DNA of 64,000 bases from assembly GCA_043732185.1 (NCBI GenBank), contig JAYTHY010000042.1, forward strand, positions 1 to 64,000, in the 5' to 3' direction. This stretch comes from Fibrobacteria bacterium. GTDB lineage: Bacteria > Fibrobacterota > Fibrobacteria > UBA11236. The translations under genes were made by a program, and so were the position numbers. Of this stretch, positions 57,851-64,000 are shown one piece after another (the stretch's first letter is position 1; each line of letters begins with the position of its first letter). The notes under the pieces are model-generated. The model worked only from the letters and a program-made list of their open reading frames with translations. It was not told where the DNA came from and made no database searches.

Positions 57851-59935
57851 ATGGAATGGCCCAAGTTTAGCTCCAGTGACACAACTATGGATCAATTGGT
57901 CAAGCTTTCCCAGTTTTATGGGCACGATTCGGAAATGGTCATTGCCGGAGGTGGAAACACTTCCTGTAAAGTGGCAGACTCAATTTGGGTAAAGGGAAGT
58001 GGAACCTCGCTGGCGACTATTGCTCCAGAGGGTTTTGTGGAAATGAAACGGGCTGCATTGTACAGCCTGTTGGAACAAAATCTCAGCCCCGATCGCATGC
58101 AGCGCGAGGCTGAGTTCAAAGCCCAAGTGTTGGCAGCGCGAATCCATCCGGAACGGGGTCAGCGACCCAGTGTGGAATCGGTTTTACACAATTTGCTGCC
58201 GCGCACTTTCGTCGTGCACACCCATTCGACCCTGGTCAATATGTTTACTTGCGCGTTACAGGGAGAAAGCATCCTGCGCGCCAAATTAGGCAATACGTTT
58301 ATCTGGATAGGCGAGGTGGATCCTGGATTCCAGTTGGCTCGTACGCTATTTGAGGCTTTGCAAAAGTTCAAAAAAGAAACCGGACAGGACTGCCCCAGAG
58401 CCGTGATCATGGAAAACCATGGTCTGGTGGTTTCCGGCAATACCCCGGAAGAAGTCAAAGCCGATACCGATTGGCTGCTTGCGGCCATCCGCCCGCTAAT
58501 TGAAGCCGTATCCTCCAAGACAGCCTTTGGGAGTGCCTCTACTGTTGACGCAATAGAAGCCAGAAAACAAATCAACGTGATCGGGCCTGCCCTACGTGGA
58601 CTTTTAGGCACCGCGGACAGGCTCAAAGTCGCACGCTTCGAGGACTCGCCGGAAGTGATGGAACTGGTTTGCGGCAGTGAAGGCCAAACCGTTGTGGCCG
58701 GAGGCGCACTCTCCCCGGATCAAATCGTGTATTGCAAAAGTTTTCCGCTTTGGTTTGAACCGATTAAAGACGAGGCGGCTCGGGAAACGGTTCTGCGTTT
58801 GCGCCAAGCCATAGAAGCGCATATCGCGGCCACGCGCTTTTCGCCCTTGGTGGTGCTGGTCAAGAATGTCGGCATGTTTGGGATCGGGGAGGATGTCAAG
58901 AGTGCCCAAATCTCGGTATGGGTGTATAAGGACGCGGTGAAAATCATGGCCGGAGCCCGGAGATTGGGTGGCATCCGCTATTTAAAATCTGACTTCCGAA
59001 AATTCATTGAAGATTGGGAAGTAGAAAGCTATCGAAAAAGTGTTTCTGCCGCTAAGGGATCGCAAGGTCGCGTGGCAGGAAAGATCGCCGTGATTACTGG
59101 AGCGGCGCAAGGTTTTGGATTGGAAATCAGCCAGCATTTTGTTTCTGAAGGCGGCGTTGCGGTACTCACCGATATGAATGCCGATGGAGCGTCTAAAGCG
59201 GCTGCGCAGTTGTGTAAGGATAGAGGCGAGCAAAACCTAGGTGCTGCTTCCGCCCAAGGAGGGTCCGCCATAGGGTGGTCCGCAATCGGATTGCCGGTAA
59301 ACGTTACGGATAGCGCTAGCTTGGATGCCATGATTCATGCGGTGATTCGCGCCTTTGGCGGCTTCGATGTTTTCATCTCCAATGCGGGCGTGGTCAAGGC
59401 AGGCAGCGTCAAGACGCAAAGCGAAAAAGACTTCGACTTTGTGACTACAGTGAACTATAAGGGTTTTTTCCTCTGCACGCAAAAAGCCGCGCAAGTGCTG
59501 GCCATACAACATTTGGCCAGACCTGGATATTTGACGGACATCATTCAGATCAATTCTAAAAGTGGATTGGTGGGCTCAAATAAAAACGGAGCCTACGCAG
59601 GCAGCAAATTCGGAGGCATCGGGCTAGTTCAATCCTTTGCCATGGAATTGGTCGAGGATGGCATCAAAGTTAATGCGGTGTGTCCCGGCAACTTTTTTGA
59701 TGGCCCTCTCTGGAGCGATCCCAAAACCGGCCTTTTCATGCAGTACCTGAACTCGGGCAAGGTGCCGGGAGCCAAGACCATTTTGGATGTCAAGAAATTT
59801 TATGAAGCTAAAGTTCCGATGGGGCGCGGCACCACTACTGCGGACGTGATGAAGGCTATTTATTATCTCATCGATCAGAAATATGAAACTGGCCAAGCTG
59901 TTCCCGTGAGCGGCGGGCAAGTGATGCTGAAATAA
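57851..59935 (+). CDS. Bifunctional class II aldolase (RhaD-like)/SDR dehydrogenase (sorbitol-6-phosphate dehydrogenase-like)
   Basis: GGGNTS, PSVE..LH, VVHTH, ENHG; then TGAAQGFG, SNAG, INSKSG, Y..SK. Confidence 0.85.
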   Translation: MEWPKFSSSDTTMDQLVKLSQFYGHDSEMVIAGGGNTSCKVADSIWVKGSGTSLATIAPEGFVEMKRAALYSLLEQNLSPDRMQREAEFKAQVLAARIHPERGQRPSVESVLHNLLPRTFVVHTHSTLVNMFTCALQGESILRAKLGNTFIWIGEVDPGFQLARTLFEALQKFKKETGQDCPRAVIMENHGLVVSGNTPEEVKADTDWLLAAIRPLIEAVSSKTAFGSASTVDAIEARKQINVIGPALRGLLGTADRLKVARFEDSPEVMELVCGSEGQTVVAGGALSPDQIVYCKSFPLWFEPIKDEAARETVLRLRQAIEAHIAATRFSPLVVLVKNVGMFGIGEDVKSAQISVWVYKDAVKIMAGARRLGGIRYLKSDFRKFIEDWEVESYRKSVSAAKGSQGRVAGKIAVITGAAQGFGLEISQHFVSEGGVAVLTDMNADGASKAAAQLCKDRGEQNLGAASAQGGSAIGWSAIGLPVNVTDSASLDAMIHAVIRAFGGFDVFISNAGVVKAGSVKTQSEKDFDFVTTVNYKGFFLCTQKAAQVLAIQHLARPGYLTDIIQINSKSGLVGSNKNGAYAGSKFGGIGLVQSFAMELVEDGIKVNAVCPGNFFDGPLWSDPKTGLFMQYLNSGKVPGAKTILDVKKFYEAKVPMGRGTTTADVMKAIYYLIDQKYETGQAVPVSGGQVMLK

Positions 59936-59955
59936 CCAGAGGAAGGATTGAATCC

Positions 59956-61581
59956 ATGAGCGCCATTCCCGAAACCCAGTTTGCCATCCAACTCGTAGGT
60001 CCCGGCGATCTCAAGTTGAATCCATCCAAAGAAGTCTTCAAGCCAGGGCCCCATCAGATTCTGGTCAAAACCGAGGCCGTGGGCCTGTGTTTTTCCGATC
60101 TGAAATTGCTGAAACATTTTACCGAGCATCCTCGTAAGAATGAAATCCTCAAAGGCATGGATTTGGGCATTCTCAAGGAAATCGCCAGCTATGTCCCTGG
60201 AAACAAGCCCACCGTTCCCGGGCATGAGGTTTCCTGCCGCATCGTGGCCATCGGCTCCGAAGTCAAGCAGCACAAAGTGGGCGAGCGCGTGCTGGTGCAA
60301 ACCGATTACCGCGATTTGCCGACTAATGGATCCACCGCGGCCTTCGGCTACAATTTCGAGGGTGGATTGCAAGAATACGTGCTCATGGACGAGCGGGTTG
60401 TAGTGGATAAAAAAGGCGAGCGTTTCTTAATCCCGGTCAGCGAACATTTGTCGGCCAGCGCCATCGCCATGATCGAGCCTTACGCTTGCGTAGAGGATTC
60501 ATATGTGACCGATGAGCGCGTCACCATCACGGCTGGCGGCAATATGCTGGTTGTCACTGAGGATGCGAATATCAAGCCTGAGAGTTTGAAGCTGCCGTGG
60601 AGCAAACAGGGCATGCCTGCGAAAATCGTGGTCCGCAAAAGCTCTGAGCTCCAGGACTTACCGCATGAAGGTTTCCAGGACATCATTGCCTTTGCACCAA
60701 ACAAAGCCACGGTGGAAATCCTGAACGATAAGCTCTCCCCCAGTGGCACCATCAACTTAGTCATGTGCGGTAAGAAATTTGGCGCGCCGGTCAATATGGG
60801 TGTGGGGCGTCTGCATTATGGCGGCACCCGCTGGGTCGGCTCCACCGGAAGCGATGAAAGCGAAGGGTACCGCTGGGTACCCGCAACCGGTGAGTTACGG
60901 GATGACGATAAAGTCCTGGTCATCGGGGCCGGGGGGCCCATGGGTCAGATGCATGTTATCCGCGCCGTGGCTTCCGGCAAGCGCAATATCAGCGTGGTGG
61001 CAACGGACATGGACGACTCCCGCCTGGAATCCTTGCGGGCCAAAGCCGAGCCATTGGCCAAGGTCGCCAAAGCTGGGCTTCGCATGGTGAATACGGTCAA
61101 GCATCCCTTATCCGAATCCTTCAGTTACGTGGCCTTGATGGCGCCGATTCCTGCCTTGGTGGCGCAAGCAGTCAAAGATTGTACCCCAGGTGGCATCATT
61201 AATATTTTTGCAGGTATCGCCGCTACCGTGAAACATGAGATCGATTTGGATCTGGTGGTTGAGAAAAAAATATTCCTGTTCGGCACCAGCGGGTCCAATA
61301 TCCGTGACATGAAAATCGTGCTTGAAAAAGTCCAGTCTGGACAATTTGACACCAATTGTTCTTTGGATGCGGTGAGCGGCATGGCGGGAGCCAAAGACGG
61401 CCTCGACGCCGTTGAGAATCGGACCTTGGCGGGTAAAATCGTCGTTTACCCCCAGCTTCACAATTTGCCATTGACGCCGCTTTCTGAACTCGGTAAGAAA
61501 TTTCCAACAGTCGCGGCAAAGCTCAATAATGGGCAATGGACCAAGGCCGCTGAAGATGAACTTTTACGCGTAGCCAATTAG
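59956..61581 (+). CDS. Zinc-type alcohol dehydrogenase family (L-sorbose-1-phosphate reductase-like)
   Basis: GLCFSD, PGHE, IEPYACV, GAGGPMG. Confidence 0.8.
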   Translation: MSAIPETQFAIQLVGPGDLKLNPSKEVFKPGPHQILVKTEAVGLCFSDLKLLKHFTEHPRKNEILKGMDLGILKEIASYVPGNKPTVPGHEVSCRIVAIGSEVKQHKVGERVLVQTDYRDLPTNGSTAAFGYNFEGGLQEYVLMDERVVVDKKGERFLIPVSEHLSASAIAMIEPYACVEDSYVTDERVTITAGGNMLVVTEDANIKPESLKLPWSKQGMPAKIVVRKSSELQDLPHEGFQDIIAFAPNKATVEILNDKLSPSGTINLVMCGKKFGAPVNMGVGRLHYGGTRWVGSTGSDESEGYRWVPATGELRDDDKVLVIGAGGPMGQMHVIRAVASGKRNISVVATDMDDSRLESLRAKAEPLAKVAKAGLRMVNTVKHPLSESFSYVALMAPIPALVAQAVKDCTPGGIINIFAGIAATVKHEIDLDLVVEKKIFLFGTSGSNIRDMKIVLEKVQSGQFDTNCSLDAVSGMAGAKDGLDAVENRTLAGKIVVYPQLHNLPLTPLSELGKKFPTVAAKLNNGQWTKAAEDELLRVAN

Positions 61582-61614
61582 TTTTCAAAGCCACTTTCAG
61601 TTCAAGGAAGCAGT

Positions 61615-63099
61615 ATGGACACTCAGAAATTCCACCGATACCTGGCAGTAGATCTTGGGGCCGAAAGCGGCCGGGTCATGTTGGGAACGTTGAGTCCAGG
61701 ACCGGATCAAAAAGTCGAGATTGAAGAAATTTACCGATTCGCCAATGCGGGCGTTTCGATTTGCGGAACGCTGCGTTGGGATCCGCTCCATCTTTTCCAG
61801 GAGATCAAGGCCGGGTTGCGAAAAGCGGCGGCCCTGGGCGAACCCATCGACGGTATCAGCACCGATGCCTGGGGCGTGGACTATGTGCTCTTTCGGGATA
61901 AGGAGCCGATGCTGACCTTGCCCTTCCATTACCGCGATTCGCGTACGGACGGGGCCATGGAAAAAGTGTTCGCAAAAATCTCCGCCGACGTAATTTTTTC
62001 CGAAACCGGAATTCAGTTCATGTCGCTCAACACGTTGTTCCAGTTTTATATGGACTCGCAAGATCGTCCGGAAACGCTGGAGTGGGCGGATAGTTTTCTC
62101 AATATGGGCGATTACTTCAATTATCTGATGTCGGGCGTACCCAAGGGGGAGGTAACCTTGGCGTCAACGACTCAATTGTTCAATCCGGCCACAGGTGAAT
62201 GGGCCTGGAATGTAATCGGTAAGCTGGGCTTGCCCAAAAAGATTTTCCCACCTCTGGTTCCTGCGGGCACCATTCTGGGACCCTTACTTCCCGATATCGC
62301 CGTCCGCACGGGGCTTAAGAATGCGCAAGTCATCGCCACCTGTTCGCATGATACCGCTGCGGCTGTCGCTGCAATTCCAGGCAAGGGCGAACAGTGGGCT
62401 TTTATCAGTTCCGGCACCTGGTCCCTATTGGGAACGGAAGTCAAGTCTCCGGTCATCAATGCCACCAGCCGCAAATACAACTTTACCAATGAAGTCGGCT
62501 ACGGCGGCACCATTATGTTGCGCAAGAATATTGTGGGATTGTGGATTGTGCAAGAGTGTCGGCGAGCCTGGGCGGAACTCGGAAATGAATATGATTATGA
62601 TACGTTGACGGCAATGGCCGAGGCCGCGACCCCGCTGGTCAGCTTGATCAGGCCTGATGATCCTCGTTTTGGAAAGCCCGGTCGCATGGTTGGCAAGATC
62701 GCCGAATACTGCCGTGAATCCTCGCAGCCAGTTCCGACGGATCCCGGATCCATCGTGCGCTGTGCCTTGGAAAGCTTGGCACTCATTTATGCCCAAACCT
62801 TGGCGGAATGCGAAAGCGTGTCGGGGCAAAAGTTTACGAGCATTCATTTGGTCGGCGGAGGCAGTCGCAATCGCTTGCTCAACCAAGTTGCCGCCAATGC
62901 CACGGGACTCCCGGTTTTGGCCGGTCCAGTAGAAGCTACCGCAATCGGTAATATTCTGGTGCAAGCAAAAACCCTGGGCCATCTCCCCGGCGACTTGCGC
63001 GCGGTGGTGCGTGCGTCCTTCCCAGTGCAGACCTTTACTCCAGAAGACGGCGGCATCTGGAAGACAGCTTTGAAACTTTTCGGAACCTTACCGGTATAA
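61615..63099 (+). CDS. Rhamnulokinase-like FGGY sugar kinase
   Basis: AVDLGAESGR, DAWGVD, HYRDSRT, SHDTA, ISSGTWSLLG, GPVEATAIGN. Confidence 0.88.
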   Translation: MDTQKFHRYLAVDLGAESGRVMLGTLSPGPDQKVEIEEIYRFANAGVSICGTLRWDPLHLFQEIKAGLRKAAALGEPIDGISTDAWGVDYVLFRDKEPMLTLPFHYRDSRTDGAMEKVFAKISADVIFSETGIQFMSLNTLFQFYMDSQDRPETLEWADSFLNMGDYFNYLMSGVPKGEVTLASTTQLFNPATGEWAWNVIGKLGLPKKIFPPLVPAGTILGPLLPDIAVRTGLKNAQVIATCSHDTAAAVAAIPGKGEQWAFISSGTWSLLGTEVKSPVINATSRKYNFTNEVGYGGTIMLRKNIVGLWIVQECRRAWAELGNEYDYDTLTAMAEAATPLVSLIRPDDPRFGKPGRMVGKIAEYCRESSQPVPTDPGSIVRCALESLALIYAQTLAECESVSGQKFTSIHLVGGGSRNRLLNQVAANATGLPVLAGPVEATAIGNILVQAKTLGHLPGDLRAVVRASFPVQTFTPEDGGIWKTALKLFGTLPV

Positions 63100-63104
63100 T
63101 AAAC

Positions 63105-64000
63105 TTGCAGCGCGCCCCATTAGCCGTTCAGAAATCTCTTGCCTTTATTCGCGAGGAGATTCAATTGGGAAAATGTGCTTCCGGAGACCGGCTTCCCCCC
63201 ATTCGAATCCTGGCGAAGCAAGCTCAGGTTTCGGCCGCGGCCATGTGTTCGGCACTTGGTGTGTTACGCACCGAAGGACTACTTTCCGTGGTCCGAAATC
63301 GGGGCACTTATTTCGGTAAGCCGCCCAGTCAAAACGGCGGAATGACACCTATCTTTTTCGAATCTCAGCGGTGGCAACGCCTCAAGACTCAGATAGAAAA
63401 GGATATTTTTAACGGTCAATTCACATCCGGAGAAGCCTTGCCTTCTCTTCGGGATCTGCAGAAAACTTACGACGTCTCTTTCAAAACCCTGCGCAAAGCC
63501 ATGGAAGCCATTTCCGCCGAAGGAGTTGTCGTCCCGCATAAAAAAACCTACATGGTCCCGCACCTTACCCGTGCGCATGGCACCTTGGTTTTTGTCGGCG
63601 CTCCGGAAGCCGCATCCAAAATCAGTTTTGGCGGTTATCCGGTTACGGAGTTTCTTTCCGCCCTGCGCCGTGAATGCGGAAAAAGCCTCATTAACGTGGT
63701 GCTTATTTCGTTCGATCCGGATCGGCGCAAAAGTGTTTTTGAAAATCAGCTTTCCGCCCTGCACGATAAACATTCCGTGATCGGTTACATTCTTTGGACC
63801 TCCATGTTACCGGAGTTGAAGCTGGACCAGGCTTTGCAGGCCATACAGGATAAAAGCCGTCCGGCACTCAAAAAGGACAACCTCGAAAAACCCATTGCTG
63901 TAATCGATACCACTTGGGATATGCAGGTAACCAATTCCCTGCGCCGGCAAGCGGATATGGCGGGAATGGCTTTTCGTATTTTCATGGTGGCAGGCCAATT
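63105..64000 (+). CDS. Transcriptional regulator with two tandem GntR winged-HTH domains (partial; runs off the window end, absent from the ORF track)
   Basis: Open frame from TTG at 63105: GDRLPPIRILAKQAQVS...LRTEGLL....RGTY, then GEALPSLRDLQKTYDVSFKTLRKAM...EG. Confidence 0.8.
   Translation, partial: MQRAPLAVQKSLAFIREEIQLGKCASGDRLPPIRILAKQAQVSAAAMCSALGVLRTEGLLSVVRNRGTYFGKPPSQNGGMTPIFFESQRWQRLKTQIEKDIFNGQFTSGEALPSLRDLQKTYDVSFKTLRKAMEAISAEGVVVPHKKTYMVPHLTRAHGTLVFVGAPEAASKISFGGYPVTEFLSALRRECGKSLINVVLISFDPDRRKSVFENQLSALHDKHSVIGYILWTSMLPELKLDQALQAIQDKSRPALKKDNLEKPIAVIDTTWDMQVTNSLRRQADMAGMAFRIFMVAGQ

Noticed and set aside
1..64000. CRISPR arrays, rRNA genes, IS transposases, att direct repeats flanking the eCIS
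   Set aside because: None seen by eye; short att repeats cannot be excluded without a computed self-comparison

Overview
Bacterial chromosomal window; the host is possibly Fibrobacterota-like (inference only). The left part (1-20.2 kb) is housekeeping and metabolic: the tig-clpP-clpX-lon-yggS-divIVA operon, a sugar isomerase, an AsmA-like protein, a cyclophilin, a secreted GH95-like hydrolase, a Phd/VapC toxin-antitoxin pair, tRNA-Arg(TCG), and sugar genes that include two tandem cupin paralogs. The centre (20790-53032) is an apparently complete, single-strand extracellular contractile injection system (eCIS; Afp/PVC-like, capsid-less tail). It encodes sheath, tube, chaperone, Pvc16 terminator, AAA+ ATPase, tube initiator/LysM, a split VgrG-like spike, PAAR-like tip, gp25, three baseplate proteins and a beta-helix fibre. 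It ends with three DUF4157 effectors that share a Cys-rich leader and carry different warheads (REase-fold nuclease, Zn-metallopeptidase, AHH nuclease), with no adjacent immunity genes. The two most unusual signals are (i) a symmetric ~280-aa coiled-coil hairpin with a hydrophobic tip inserted into a baseplate protein, a candidate membrane anchor or strut, and (ii) motifs resembling the ClpX adaptor SspB tail and the ssrA tag in the linkers just before the two nuclease domains. The right part (53.1-64 kb) is an uncharacterised sugar catabolic cluster (fused E1 alpha/beta, DeoR, PHP, aldolase-SDR, Zn-dehydrogenase, FGGY kinase, double-GntR regulator). All family calls come from reading motifs by eye; no database searches were run.
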